Shown piece by piece: positions 38,946 through 51,909 of a stretch of DNA of 64,000 bases. The DNA lies in NCBI RefSeq assembly GCF_004010195.1, contig NC_057720.1:1190706-1254705 (forward strand), in the 5' to 3' direction. The stretch is from Chiloscyllium plagiosum (taxonomy: Eukaryota). The notes under the pieces were generated by a model. It was not told where the DNA came from, searched no databases, and saw only the letters and a program-made list of their open reading frames with translations. Every line of letters begins with the position of its first letter. Position 1 is the first letter of the stretch. A program made the translations under genes and the position numbers.

Positions 38946-39857
38946 TTGCAATGTGATTGACACCCAAATGCCTTCTGAAACAGCCGAGCAAAGCGTCCCG
39001 TCCAACAACTATTAGGGATGGCCAACAGTGCCCACATCACATTGAAGAATTTTCTTTTTTTAAAAAGCCAGCTATGAGCCACAGAGGCCTCACATACATC
39101 ACCTCCCCCTATCAGCAGACCCTTCGATTCCTTTCCCCCATGTGTGTTTATCCAGCTTCCCCCTCAATGTTCTCCCACACCCCATCCCTGTGAGAACGAG
39201 TCCCACATTCCCCTCCTTCCTGTGGGAAACAGTACCTCCTGAATTCCTGTTTGGATGTATAAGGAATTTTCTCATCGCTGTGGCTCCTAAGTCATGGCTG
39301 ATCCATATTTTATCTTCCTCCGTCTGCTTTGCTTTGACCTGATTTGATCCAGGTGACCCCAGCACCGCAGCTTTCTGGGGGAGAGTTCCAGATTTCCACT
39401 GCCCTTTGTGTGAGGCCGGGCTCCCTGAAGCCTTGATCCTAAACTTAACCTCATGTTTTGAACTCCGAGTAGTTCCTCTTCATCAGGCCATCACCTCCTT
39501 TCACCATCTGAACCAGGTTTAATAAAACACCGCCACACACAGGAGGTGCAAGCTGGCTCCATCCAACCTGGCCTCGTCATTTAACCCTTTCCTCCCCGGG
39601 ATCATTCTGGTGAATCTGCTGTGCCCCCTCCAGGGTCAGTCTCCCCTTCCTGAGGAGCGGGGCCCAGAACTGAACCTGGTTCCTGCTGATTGGCCATGAC
39701 CTGGGTTTGAGAGTAAGTGGACTATCGCTTCCTCCATTTTGTGTGATCACCCTTTCAGCTGACACACCAACATCCTACCAGCGTTGTACTTTGTACCTGT
39801 CTATTAGTCTTTGTGATGATCAAGGTAACAATGAAGAGAATGAATCAGCCAACTTAC

Positions 39858-40002
39858 AGATGGAGAGGTGTGTCACCATAGATATTCACGGCATGAGGAT
39901 GTACATCAAAGTTCCCTTGGAGCAGGTACCTGACGATTTCACAGTGCCCAAAGCGGCAACTAAAATGGAGGGGTGAATGATCCTCATTGTCCTGAGCGTT
40001 CA
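39858..40002 (-). CDS. TNNI3K: TNNI3K coding exon, ankyrin repeat (145 nt)
   Basis: Hand translation (V)[47 protein letters not shown](L). Acceptor ctcag, donor GTAAGT, phase 1/2. Not in the ORF track. Confidence 0.95.
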
Positions 40003-40258
40003 CTGAGATCATCAGATAACAAGAAATAACCACTGGTTACTAATGTTGGGTACATGATCAGCAATCACCATTGGTTAGTAATGTTGTAGATATAATTCAA
40101 GAGAAGTGTTATTCAGTAATGTTATGGATGTAACTAGAATAATTTAGTTAGTAATATCAATGACATAACCAGACATAACCATAGATATATAACTAAAGAT
40201 TCTGGATTAGTGGTGCTGGAAGAGCACAGCAGTTCAGGCAGCATCCGAGGAGCAACAA

Positions 40259-40294
40259 AATTGATGTTTCGGGCAAAAGCCCTTCATCAGGAAT
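40259..40294 (-). ncRNA. Minimal type I hammerhead ribozyme motif in the Penelope 3' repeat (partly decayed)
   Basis: AUUC-CUGAUGA-A-GGGC(UUUU)GCCC-GAAAC-AUC-AAUU. Confidence 0.6.
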
Positions 40295-40819
40295 AAAGGC
40301 AGAGAGCCTGAAGCGTGGAGAGATAAGCTAGAGGAGGGTGGGGTTGGGGAGAAAGTAGCATATAGTACAGTGGGTGAGTGGGGGAGGGGATGAAGGTGAT
40401 AGGTCAAGAGGAGGGTGGATTGGATAGGTGGAAAAGGAGATAGGCAGGTAGGACAAGTCATGGGGACAGTGCTGAGCAGGACGTTTGGAACTAGGGTGAG
40501 GTGGGGGAAGGGGAAATGAGGAAACTGTTGAAGTCCACATTGATGCCCTGGGGTTGAAGTGTTCCGAGGTGGAAGATGAGGCGTTCTTCCTTCAGGCTCT
40601 GGTGGTGAGAGAGCGGTGGTGAAGGAGGCCCAGGACCTCCATGTCCTCGGCAGAGCGGGAGGGGGAGTTGAAATGTTGGGCCACAGGGTGGTGTGGTTGA
40701 TTGGTGCAGGTGTCCCGGAGATGTTCCCTCAAGCGCTCTGCTAGGAGGCGTCCAGTCTCCCCAATGTAGAGGAGACCGCATCGGGAGCAACGGATACAAT
40801 AAATGATATTAGTGGATGT

Positions 40820-41256
40820 NNNNNNNNNNNNNNNNNNNNNNNNNNNNNNNNNNNNNNNNNNNNNNNNNNNNNNNNNNNNNNNNNNNNNNNNNNNNNNNNN
40901 NNNNNNNNNNNNNNNNNNNNNNNNNNNNNNNNNNNNNNNNNNNNNNNNNNNNNNNNNNNNNNNNNNNNNNNNNNNNNNNNNNNNNNNNNNNNNNNNNNNN
41001 NNNNNNNNNNNNNNNNNNNNNNNNNNNNNNNNNNNNNNNNNNNNNNNNNNNNNNNNNNNNNNNNNNNNNNNNNNNNNNNNNNNNNNNNNNNNNNNNNNNN
41101 NNNNNNNNNNNNNNNNNNNNNNNNNNNNNNNNNNNNNNNNNNNNNNNNNNNNNNNNNNNNNNNNNNNNNNNNNNNNNNNNNNNNNNNNNNNNNNNNNNNN
41201 NNNNNNNNNNNNNNNNNNNNNNNNNNNNNNNNNNNNNNNNNNNNNNNNNNNNNNNN
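40820..41256. other. Assembly gap (437 N) inside a Penelope-like element
   Basis: N run between the RT and GIY-YIG coding segments. Confidence 0.99.
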
Positions 41257-42118
41257 AACTGGTCTTTCTGGGAGCAGATACGGTGGAGGCGGAGGAATTG
41301 GGAATACGGGATGGCATTTTTGCAAAAAGTAGGGTGGGAAGAGGTGTAATCCAGGTAGCTGTGGGAGTTGGTGGGTTTGTAAAAAAATGTCAGTGTCAAG
41401 TAGGTCGTCATTAATGGAGATGAAGAGGTCCAGGAAGGGGAGGGAGGTGTCAGAGATGATCCAGGTAAATTTAAGGTCAGGGTGGAATGTGTTGGTGAAG
41501 TTGATGAATTGCTCAACCTCCTCGCGGGGGCAAGGTGGCGCCAATGCAGTCATCAATGTAGCGGAGGAAGAAGTGAGGAGTGGTGCCGGTGTAATGACGG
41601 AAGATCGACTGTTCTACGTAGCCAACAAAGAGACAGGCATAGCTGGGGCCCATACATGTGCTCATGGCTACCCCTTTGGTCTGGAGGAAGTGGGAGGATT
41701 CAAAGGAGAAATTGTTAAGGGTGAGGACCAGTTCGGCCAAACGAACGAGAGTGTCAGTGGAAGGGTACTGTTGGGAACGTCTGGAGAGGAAAAAACGGAG
41801 GGCTTGGAGGCCCTGGTCATGGCGGATGGAGGTGTAGAGGGATTGGATATCCATGGTGAAGATGAGGCGTTGGGGGCCAGGGAAACGGAAGTCTTGGAGG
41901 AGGTGGAGGGCATGGTGGTGTCTCTAACGTATGTGGAGAGTTCCTGGACTAGGGGGATTAGGACAATTTCGAGGTAGGTAGAAATGAGTTCAGTGGGGCA
42001 GGAGCATGCTAAAAATGACCATTGATTAGTTACGTCAGTGATCGAGCTAGAGATAATCATTAGTTAGTAATATTAGAGATATAACTCGAGACAACATTAG
42101 TTAAGAATGTTGGAATGA

Positions 42119-43561
42119 CCCTCTTTCAATATGGCTAGATATCGAAGCCTCCCAGGCAAGGTGCCCCCTTACCAGTTTGCTGTTTTTGGACAAGGTGAGG
42201 ATAGTTAGGGAATATTGCCATAACCCAATAGTCATCAATACTGTTAAAGCATGGAGGGCAATTCGGCAGAGGGAAGGTAATATTGGCAAAACATCTTTGT
42301 TTACACCCTTTAGTGGCTATGCCGGGTTTTCAACCGGGTATGATAGATTCAGGATTTAAACATTGGGCAGCTAGGGGCATATCTTGCATGGGTGATTTAT
42401 TTGAGGGAGATGTAATGATGTCCTTCAATCAGTTAGTACGGAAGTACGAGTTACCTAATAGAGACCTCTTTAGTTTTTTTCAAGTTAGGGATTTTATTCA
42501 AAAAAAGACCACATTTTTGACTGATCCCTACAAATGTGATATAGAAAGAGGGGTACTAAGGGCTAAGAGTACACTCTCTGTCAGTACTCTATATCACCAA
42601 TTGGGGGATGCCACCTCAGATGAGTCTGATCGACTCTGCAAGATGTGGGAAGGAGAGCTGGGTGTTGAAGTTTCTTCAGAGGCATGGGAGGATATTTGGG
42701 AGAATGCAAGGAAGATATCAATTTGCAATAGGACCCATGCTTTACAGTTGAAGATTCTCCACAGGGTCCACTTAGCCCCAGACCATTTGTCAAAATTTAA
42801 ACCAGGGGTATCTTCAGCATGTCCCAAGTGCAAGGTCTGTATGGATACTCTTACCCGTTGTCTTTGGTCTTGTGACAGGCTTCAAACATATTGGAGCGCT
42901 GTGGTGGGTGCAATGGAGAGGAATTTAGGTGTAGGGGTGGAGAAGGACCCTATTTCGCTTCTTATGGGCCTACCCATTGTATTTCCTGCAGACTCGCATA
43001 AGGCAAAACTTTTCAATATTCTTACATTCTGTGCAAGGAAGAATATCTTACTAGGTTGGATATCAGAAAACCCCCCAGGCCTGTCAGGTTGGCGGAAGAT
43101 TGTTATGGAGCATATTCCCCTGGATTTTCTCACAAATATGGTACACCACAAAACTGAGAATTTTTACAAGACATGGCAACCCTTTTTGAATACAGATTTA
43201 TCTGCCACACTAACAAGTGCTTTTATATAGCTGTAACAATTGTGTTTCATGAGTCCAATATCCGGGGAGGAGGAACTGTGAATGTATGAGTGTTTTGTTT
43301 GGCTGGGCTGAGTTATTACTATTTATTTGTATGTTGTTAGGTATTTATTTAGTTAGTTAAATAGCTAGTTTAATTTTTTTTAAATTTTATACTTCTCTAT
43401 ATATGTTTATACATTCGTATAGGAGGGAGGGTTGGGGAATATTCTTTATTATTTGGGTTTAGTTTTGTACTATTTTTGTACTGTTTTGAATTGCATTGTT
43501 TTGTATTTGTTGTAATATTGAAAAATCTATTTTTTCTTAATAAAAATATATTATAAAAAAA
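42119..43561 (+). mobile_element. L1/Tx1-clade LINE 3' fragment with poly(A) and TSD
   Basis: ORF 42283-43230 with zf-RVT-like WEDIW...KILHR...CPKC...CLWSC; T-rich 3' UTR, AATAAA and A-tail; TSD core tgttggaatga at 42108-42118 and 43563-43573. Confidence 0.9.
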
Positions 43562-44159
43562 GTGTTGGAATGAAAATAATCTTCATCACATTTTGAATCG
43601 TCGGATTATTCGGTGACAGTAGAACTTGCATTAGGTTTTGAAATAACTTTTAAGTTCAGTGCAGGTGGGAAGAGTTAGACATGGCGATCTTAGCTCTCAG
43701 GAAACGTGGTTTAGATTAATGCAACACAGCTGGAGAAAGCAGGGATTTCTGTGTGCTCCTTCATTATCGGGACATCAGAGGTCTATTGGCAATTGCAGCC
43801 AACACCCTTAGCTCCTGTCGTAGAATGACCACTTAGTTGAGAGCTGGAGGGGCCAGATCCTTGAATCAACCTCTGACCCAGCTCTTCATTTGCTCTGCTA
43901 ATCAGTCCCAATACTGGACCTGATCCCAAACCAGACTTTAATCCTCAAGCAGAGCCCAGGGTCAGCCAGGCTATGATCACAGCATCTATTGCAAAAAGAG
44001 ACAAAACCAGTGATCTGACTGGAAGCACAAGTCAGAAGCTAACCCTGAAATCGAGATCAGGTTTCCCTCCTGAAGGTACTGCTGTTCTGACCCAGGACGT
44101 GCTCTGTAGCTGGACCTGACTGTGGTTCTGATTTCTTACTTAATGGAGGGGTTCTGTAC

Positions 44160-45722
44160 TCCAAGGGCAGCACCAAGCCCCTGTTCCTGCTCAGCGCCAA
44201 ACCCGTGTTCCTGCTCAGCGCCAGGCCCGTGTTCCTGCTCAGCGCCAGGCCCGTGTTCCTGCTCAGCGCCAGGCCCGGTGTTCCTGCTCAGCGCCAAACC
44301 CGTGTTTCTGCTCAGCGCCAAACCCGTGTTCCTGCTCAGCGCCAAACCCGTGTTCCTGCTCAGCGCCAGGCCCGTGTTCTGCTCAGCGCCAAACCCATGT
44401 TCCTGCTCAGCACCAAGCCCGTGTTGCTGCTCAACACCAAGCCCGTGTTCCACCTCAGCACCAGGCCCGTGTTCCACCTCAGCACCAAACCCGTGTTCCT
44501 GCTCAGAACCAAGCCCATGTTCCTGCTCAGCAAACCCGTGTTCCTGCTCAGAACCAAACCCGGGATCGTGCTCAGCGCCAAGCCCGTGTTCCTGCTCATT
44601 GCCAAGCTCGTGTTCCTGCTCAGCACTAGGCCCGTGTTCCTGCTCAGCACTAAGCCCGTGTTCCTGCTCAGCACCAGGCCCGTGTTCCTGCTCAGAACCA
44701 GGCCCGTGTTTCTGCTCAGTACCAAACCCGTGTTCCTGCTCAGAACCAGGCCCGTGTTTCTGCTCAGCACCAGGCCCGTGTTTCTGCTCAGTACCAAACC
44801 CGTGTTCCTACTCAGCACCAGGCCCGTGTTCCTCCTCAGCGCCAAACCCGTGTTCCACCTCAGCACCAAACCCGTGTTCCTGCTCAGCACCAAGCCCGTG
44901 TTCCACCTCAGCACCAGGCCCGTGTTCCACCTCAGCACCAAACCCGTGTTCCTGCTCAGAACCAAGCCCGTGTTCCTGCTCAGAACCAAGCCCGTGTTCC
45001 TGCTCAGAACCAAGCCCGTGTTCCACCTCAGCACCAGGCCCGTGTTCCACCTCAGCACCAAACCCGTGTTCCTGCTCAGAACCAAACCCGTGTTCCTGCT
45101 CAGAACCAAACCCGTGATCGTGCTCAGCGCCAAGCCCGTGTTCCTGCTCATTGCCAAGCCCGTGTTCCTGCTCAGCACTAGGCCCGTGTTCCTGCTCAGC
45201 ACCAAGCCCGTGTTCCTGCTCAGCGCCAAACCCGTGTTCCTGCTCAGCGCCAAACCCGTGTTCCTGCTCAGCGCCAGGCCCGTGTTCCTGCTCAGCACCA
45301 GGCCCGTGTTCCTGCTCAGCACCAAGCCCGTGTTCCTGCTCAGCAAACCCGTGTTCCTGCTCAGCACCAGGCCCGTGTTCCTGCTCCGCACCAGGCCCGT
45401 GTTCTGCGCAGCGCCAAACCTGTGTTCCTGCTCAGCACCAAGCCCGTGTTCCACCTCAGCACCAGGTCCGTGTTCCTGCTCAGCACCAAACCAGTGTTCC
45501 TGCTCAGAACCAAGCCCGTGTTCCTGCTCAGCACCAAGCCCGTGTTCCTGCTCAGAACCAGGCCCGTGTTCCTGCTCAGAACCAGGCCCGTGTTCCTGCT
45601 CGGAACCAGGCCCGTGTTCCTGCTCAGAACCAGGCCCGTGTTCCTGCTCAGAACCAGGCCCGTGATCCTGCTCAGCACCAAACCCGTGTTTCTGCTCAGC
45701 ACCAGGCCCGTGTTCCTGCTCA
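44160..45722 (+). repeat. 24-bp GC-rich minisatellite (~65 units, CCCGTGTTCCTGCTCAGCACCARR)
   Basis: Head-to-tail repeats with variant units; 8-aa periodic ORFs in several frames. Confidence 0.98.
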
Positions 45723-46362
45723 CCTGTTCAGGGACAGCAAGAGCCTAATCGGCCCCTTAGCCTTGTCTAGCTGTTCAATATGATGAAGGCTGACCTGCCC
45801 TGATCCCTATTTACTCACCTTGGTGTTTTATCCTTGACTAATAATAAATCAGTGTTGATATTGTCAATTGACTCCTGCCAAGTTTCAGTAACTATTTTAG
45901 GGAGAGAGTTGCCCCTCCAGGTGTAATTTGTGTGAGGATTTGCTTCCTGACATCACTCGGATTGGAAGACCCCACTTTCTTGTTTTGGACTCAACCCTTA
46001 GAGATTCCCGAGACTTCCCACTCAATCCCCTCACCACCTTCATCAGTCACTTCAACAGGAGGGTATCAGAATTGGAGCAACCATGAGGCAGGAAGCAATT
46101 AGGAAGGCAAATGACACAGTGGCTATCATTGCAAGAGGGTTTGAGTATAAGAACAAGGAGTCTTACTGTAGTTGTACATGGTATTGCTGAGACTACACTG
46201 GAGTATATTATTCTGAAGATGTGTCACTGGATCCAAAATGTGAAGTCAAATTCATCTCTACAAATGCTGCAGACCTGTTGAGCTTTTCCAGCAATTTCTG
46301 GTTTTGTTTCTGGAGTGTGTAGTGTGCAGCTTTGGTCTCGCTAACTCAGAAAGAGGAATAAG

Positions 46363-48306
46363 GTGGTTTATGTGAGGATGAGGTGTGAAGACTCAGTTAG
46401 GGGGCTTGAGAGTTACAAGTTAGCCAGAAAAGATCTAAAGAGAGGGCTAAGAAGAGCCAGGAGGGGACTTGAGAAGTTGTTGGCGGATAGGATCAAGGAA
46501 AGTCCTAAGGCCTTCTGTAGGTATATCAGGAATAAAAGAATGACTAGAGTAAGATTAGGGACAATTGAAGACAGTAGTGGAAAGTTGTGTGTGGAATCTG
46601 AGGACATAGGGGAAGTGCTTAATGAATTCTTTTCATCAGTATTCACATTGGAAAAAGGCAATGTTAGTGAGAATACGGAGATACAGACTATGAGATTAGA
46701 TGGGATTGAGGTTGACAAAGAGGAGGTCTTAGCAATTTTGGAAGATCTGAAAATAGATAAGAGCCCAGGGCCAGATGGGATTTATCCTGGGATTCTCTGG
46801 GAAGCCAGGGAGGAGACTGCAGAGCCTTTGGCTTTGATCTTTATGTCATCATTGTCGACAGGAGTAGTGCCAGAAGACTGGAGGATAGCAAATGTGGTTC
46901 CTTTGTTTAAGAAGGTGAGTCAGGACAACCCTGGTAATTATAGGCCAGTGAGCCTTATTTTGGCTGTGGGTAAGATGTTGGAAAAGGTTATAAGAGATAG
47001 AATTTATAATCATCTAGAGAGGAGTAAGTTGATTAGAGATAGTCAACATGGTTTTGTGAAGGATAGGTCGTGCCTCACTAACCTTATTGAATTCTTCGAG
47101 AAGGTGACAAAACAGGTGGATGAAGTTAAGGCGGTTGATGTGGTGTATATGGACTTCAATAAGGTGTTTGATAAGGTTCCACACGGTAGGCTATTGCAGA
47201 AAATAAGGAGTTTCGGGATTGAAGGTGATTTAGTGGTTTGGATCAGAAATTGGCTAATTGAAAAAAGACAGAGGGTCGTGGTTGATGAGAAATGTTCATC
47301 CTGGAGCTCAGTTACCAGTGGTGTGCCACAAGGATATGTTTTGGGGCCACTGCTGTTTGTCATTTATATAAATGATCTGGAGGTGGGCGCAAAGGATGGG
47401 TGAGTAAATTTGTAGATGACACTAAGGTAGGCAGAGTTGTGGATAGTGCCAAAGGATGTTGTGGATTACAGAAGGACATAGATAAGATGCAGAGCTGGGC
47501 TGAGAAGTGGCAAATGGAGTTTAATGTGGAAAAGTGTGAGGTAGTTCACTTCGGAAGAAGTAACAGGAATGCAGAGTACTGGGCTCATGGTAAAATTCTT
47601 GGCAGTGTAGATGAACAGAGAGATCTCCGTGTCCAGGTGCATAAATCCCTGAAAGTTGCCACCCAGGTTCATAGGGTTGTTCAGAAGGCATATGGTATGT
47701 TGGCGTTTACTGGTATGGGGATTGAGTTTCAGAGCCACGAGGCCATGCTTCAGCTGTACAAGACACTGGTAAGGCCACACCTGGCGTATTACGTGCAGTT
47801 CTGGTCACCACGTTATAGGAAGGATGTGGAAGCTTTGGAAAGGGTTCCGGGGAGATACACTAGGATGTTGCCTGGTATGGAGGGAAGGTCTTACGAGGAA
47901 AGACTGTGGGAACTGACGCTGTTTTCATTGGAGAGAAGGAGGTTGAAAGGTGATTTAATAGAGACTATTATAAGATAATCAGAGGGTTGGATAGGGTGGA
48001 CAGTGACAGCCTTTTCCCTCAGATGGTGATGGCTAACACAAGGGGACACAGCTTTAAATTGAGGAATGATAGATTTAGGACAGATGTCAGAGGAAGTTTC
48101 TTTACTCGGAGAGTAGTACGGGTGTGGAACGCTCTGCCTGCAACGGTAGTAGACTCATTGATGTTAAGGGCATTTAAATGAGTATTGGTCATACATATGG
48201 ATAATAATGGAATAATGTCGGTTAGATACGCATCAGATTATCTTCACAGGATGGTGCAACATCGAGGGCCGAAGGGCCTGTACTGAGCTGTAACGTTTTA
48301 TGTTCT
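46363..48306 (+). mobile_element. CR1 LINE, 5'-truncated, with well-preserved ORF2 RT (frameshift near 47400)
   Basis: ORFs 46363-47403 and 47400-47978 carry the CR1 RT motifs; 3' tail present; nested in older CR1 remnants (46075-48850). Confidence 0.94.
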
Positions 48307-49027
48307 AAAGGATACTTACAAGAGCGTGAGTGCAGTGACGGTACACCAGTCTGATTACAGAGCTGCCCTATGAGGAGAGATCGGTTTGGTTGGGCCCCTA
48401 CTCTCCACAGTCTGGAAGAACGAGAGCAAATCTGATCGAAACATATGGAATGCTGTCAGCGCTGTACTAACTGGATAGAGAGGGGTTGTATTGGGGGGGT
48501 TTAAGGTCCAGAGCAAAGAAGATAGTGTCAGGGTACGCTGTAGACCATTTTGGACTGAATTAAGGTCATGTTGCTATATTCAGAGATTGGTGAACCTGTG
48601 GAAATTTTCTTTGACCACAGATTGGCCTGTTTCCACACTGTAGGGATTCTATTCTAAGGCTGTGGAGGCAAAGTCACTGAATATGTTTAAAAAAGAAATA
48701 CATTTCTTAGAGCTAAAGGTGGCAAGGAGAATAGGGAGAGAACGGGAGTATGGCTCTGAAATAGAGAATGTGCCAAGATCATGTTGAACAGTAAAACAAG
48801 CTCAATGGACCGAATGGCCTACTCCTGCTGCTATTTTCTATATTCTATTACCCATACATTCCCTCAAGTCTACTCCACTATGGTTCCTTGGTACCTCGAT
48901 TCCACCTCCCTGCATTATCCCCATATCCTCGAAAACATTTAGTACCCATCAATGTTATCTATCTTGGTGGTCACATTCGGTAAAGCTGTGAAGGTTTGGT
49001 TGAATAAACCCGTTAATCTTGTCTCAC

Positions 49028-49166
49028 CATCAGTTTTGCAGGCTTCAGTCAGCAGCAGTTTGACGATATTGGGATATCCCTTTGCACAAGCTAAATGCAG
49101 TGGTCTGTCTCCGACCTCCCCACTCACACTGGCGTCCGCCCCGAACTTCAGCAACAGTCTGGTCAC
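49028..49166 (-). CDS. TNNI3K: TNNI3K coding exon, ankyrin repeat (139 nt)
   Basis: [46 protein letters not shown]. Acceptor ctcag, donor GTGAGA, phase 0/1. Confidence 0.95.
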
Positions 49167-49635
49167 CTGAGTGGAACAAGATCATGTCCAGTACAGAGGC
49201 TGTTACAGCATGTTAGAGAGAAAATAGTCATTTGCTCAGTCAGAATACAAGCTTTGCTAAAAAAAAAAGGCACATTTGTTGAAGTTTTTCATCTCACACT
49301 CACCAGAATACCAGCAACACACAAAAATATCAGTTCATGGGGAAGGCCAGCATTTCTACTGCATGGCACAAGCTGCTGGGCTGGTAGTTGGTTAGAAAAT
49401 GGACTCTGGATGGTCAAGGCATTGCCACAGAGAATGTGCCTCATTCATGCTGACTGACAGTTAACAAATAGGCTCTCTTTAAAGTTAATGCAAGCAGGTT
49501 AAATCTAATCATTTTGAGCACTATCCTGTGAAATGAAGCAGTGAATGGCTGTCACCTATTTTGTTGAGGTGAAACAGTCACAGTGTGTGGATATATTCCT
49601 TTTGTCTGGAATGAGCAGGGCTTGACATGAATATA

Positions 49636-49729
49636 GCTGGAAATGTGTTGCTGGAAAAGCGCAGCAGGTCAGGCAGCATCCAGGGAACAGGAGAATCGAT
49701 GTTTCGGGCATAAGCCCTTCTTCAGGAAT
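49636..49729 (-). mobile_element. Mini Penelope-derived insertion with hammerhead motif
   Basis: Minus strand AUUC-CUGAAGA-A-GGGC(UUAU)GCCC-GAAAC-AUC-GAUU; flanked by atatagct direct repeats. Confidence 0.75.
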
Positions 49730-49769
49730 ATATATAGCTCACAGTAGATGCAAACTGGATGGACAATCC

Positions 49770-50835
49770 TACACTGTTTGCTAGCATTAATATCTCACTC
49801 AATCCAGCAAATGTCCAAGTACAGAATCACACTGACTATTACACACAGTATTGTGAGTTTTGTAAATATGGTCGGGTTGGGCATGTCAGTACCAGATCTC
49901 ACTTGGGATCAGCCTGTGCCAACACTTTACAAGATGATAGCAATTTCTTCATGACCATGACATGACCATTTCCAAGGCTGACCCTTTTTTAAGAGTTGAT
50001 GCTAGGATGGAGGCCAGGTTCCATCTGAACTTTCTGTAATTCACCAGCACAAGAAATGACGGAAGTTCCGAGATAGTTGTGGGAAACGGGGCACCTTTGA
50101 TCGCCCTCACTTCATCTTCCAATGAATGTAACCCGGCGTGTTGACTCTTTAGCCCAAATAGGTCAGTTGGGATGCCTGAAACACACTTTTGTCCCTTCTA
50201 AGGTATACGCACACCTGGGAGAAATGTCTAAGGACGATGTCCAAATACTGTAAGTGCTCCTCACTGCTCTTCCCTTTTTCAGCATGTCATCCAGGTAAAT
50301 GGTGACCTGGGGTTGACCTTGTAAAATGTTCTCCACCATCCACCGAATCACAGCACAGGCTGACAATACCCTAAATGGCAGTCTCGTAGATTGGTGCAAA
50401 CCCTTAATGGGTATAGATTGTAGCGTACTCCTGGGAATCCTCATCCAACAGCAACTGCAGGGATGCACGGCTGACACCCAGCTTTGTGAAGGACAGCGCC
50501 CCCTCCTACCTCCCATACACCTCCTCTCCCAACCCCCCCCCCACCAGTTTTGTATATAAATCCCCCATTTGAGGGATTGGGTATTTATCCAGCTGTGAGA
50601 AGCAGTTTCCTGTTTGTTTAAGGTCCCTACAAAGGTGAACCAACCAATCAGGCCTCCCAGTTAGTATGATCAGGTGCTGCCCAGTTGACAAACTGGATTG
50701 GTTTGATTCCTTCACTCTCCAGCCTCCTGATTTCTGCCTCTACTTTTCCCTGTGAGGCAAATGGCCCTGGGCCAGCCTTGCAGAATCGTGGAATTGCTTC
50801 CTGGTCAACATATAAACTGGCCTTGGACCCTTTGA
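49770..50835 (-). mobile_element. Gypsy-type LTR retrotransposon pol remnant (RT/RNase H)
   Basis: IKGSKASLYVDQEAIPRFCKA, DKYPIPQ..DLYTKL, ENILQGQPQVTIYLDD motifs. Confidence 0.85.
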
Positions 50836-51674
50836 TAGTCATAGAGTCATAGAGACATACAGCACGGAAACAGACCCTTCGGTCCAACCCGTCCATGCCG
50901 ACCAGATATCCCAACCCAATCTAGTCCCACATGCCAGCACCCGGCTCATATCCCTCCAAACCCTTCCTATTCATATACCCATCCAAATGCCTCTTAAATG
51001 TTGTAATTTACCAGCCTCTCCCACTTCCTCTGGCAGCTCATTCCATACCCGTACCACCCTCTATGTGAAAAAGTTGCCCCATAGGTCTCTTTTATATCTT
51101 TCCCCTCTCACCCTAAACCTATGACTTTAGTTCTGGACTCCCCGATCCCATTTATCCTATCCATGTCCCTCATAATTTTATAAAGTTCGATAAGGCCACC
51201 CCTCAGCCTCCGATGCTCCAGGGAAAACAGTCCCAGCCTGTTCAGCCTCTCCCTATAGCTCAAATCCTCCAACTCTGGCAACATTCTTGTAAATCTTTCC
51301 TGAACCTTTTCAAGTTTCGCAATATCTTTCTGATAGGAAGGAGACCAGAATTGCACGCAATATTCCAACAGTGGCCTAACCAATGTCCTGTACAGCTGCA
51401 ACGTGACCTCCCAACTCCTGCACTCAATACTCTGACCAATAAAGGAAAGTATACCAAATGCCTTCTTCACTATCCTATGTACCTGTGTCTCCACTTTCAA
51501 GGAGCTATGAACCTGCACTCCAAGGTCTCTTTGTTCAGCAACACTCCCGAGGACCTTACCATTAAGTGTATTAGTCCTGCTAAGATTTGCTTTCCCAAAA
51601 TGCAGCACCTCGCATTTATCTAAATTAAGCTCCATCTGCCACTTCTCAGACCATTTGCCCAAGTGATCCAGATC

Positions 51675-51789
51675 AGGCTCACTGCCTTTATTCCTGATGA
51701 AGGGCTTTTGCCCAAATTGTCGATTTCAAAGCTCCTTGGATGCTGCCTGAACTGCTGTGCTCTTCCAGCATCACTAATCCAGAATCTGG
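51675..51789 (+). mobile_element. Mini Penelope-derived insertion with damaged hammerhead core, in CR1
   Basis: attcctgatgaagggcttttgccc-aaatt; TSD tccagatc at 51667-51674 and 51790-51797. Confidence 0.8.
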
Positions 51790-51909
51790 TCCAGATCCTG
51801 TTGAAATCTGAGGTAACCCTCTTCGCTGTCCACTACACTTCCAATTTTGGTGTCATCTGCAAACTTACTAACTATACAACCTATGACATGAGATTGCATT
51901 GGATTCCCT

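Larger units (their letters stand above)
40196..42010 (-). mobile_element. Penelope-like retroelement, 5'-truncated (RT + GIY-YIG endonuclease + 3' terminal repeat)
   Basis: MDIQSLYT, QTKGVAM, FLRYIDDCIG, FYKPTNSHSYLDYTSSHP; GIY-YIG NIIYCIRCSRCGLLYIGET...ERLREH. Confidence 0.93.

Noticed and set aside
42283..43230. 315-aa ORF as a host or domesticated gene
   Set aside because: It is the C-terminal zinc-knuckle region of an L1/Tx1 ORF2 with poly(A) and TSD; the CCHC His is substituted.
44122..45783. Long Cys/Pro-rich ORFs (331-486 aa) resembling keratin-associated or metallothionein-like proteins
   Set aside because: They arise from a 24-bp minisatellite open in several frames on both strands, with frame-shifting units and no splice or start context.
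46363..47978. Active CR1 element
   Set aside because: It lacks ORF1 and the endonuclease, has a frameshift near 47400, and FADD is changed to FVDD.
49275..49312. Hammerhead-like CUGGUGAG...GAAAA on the minus strand
   Set aside because: Core mismatch and no convincing stem II; too decayed to call.
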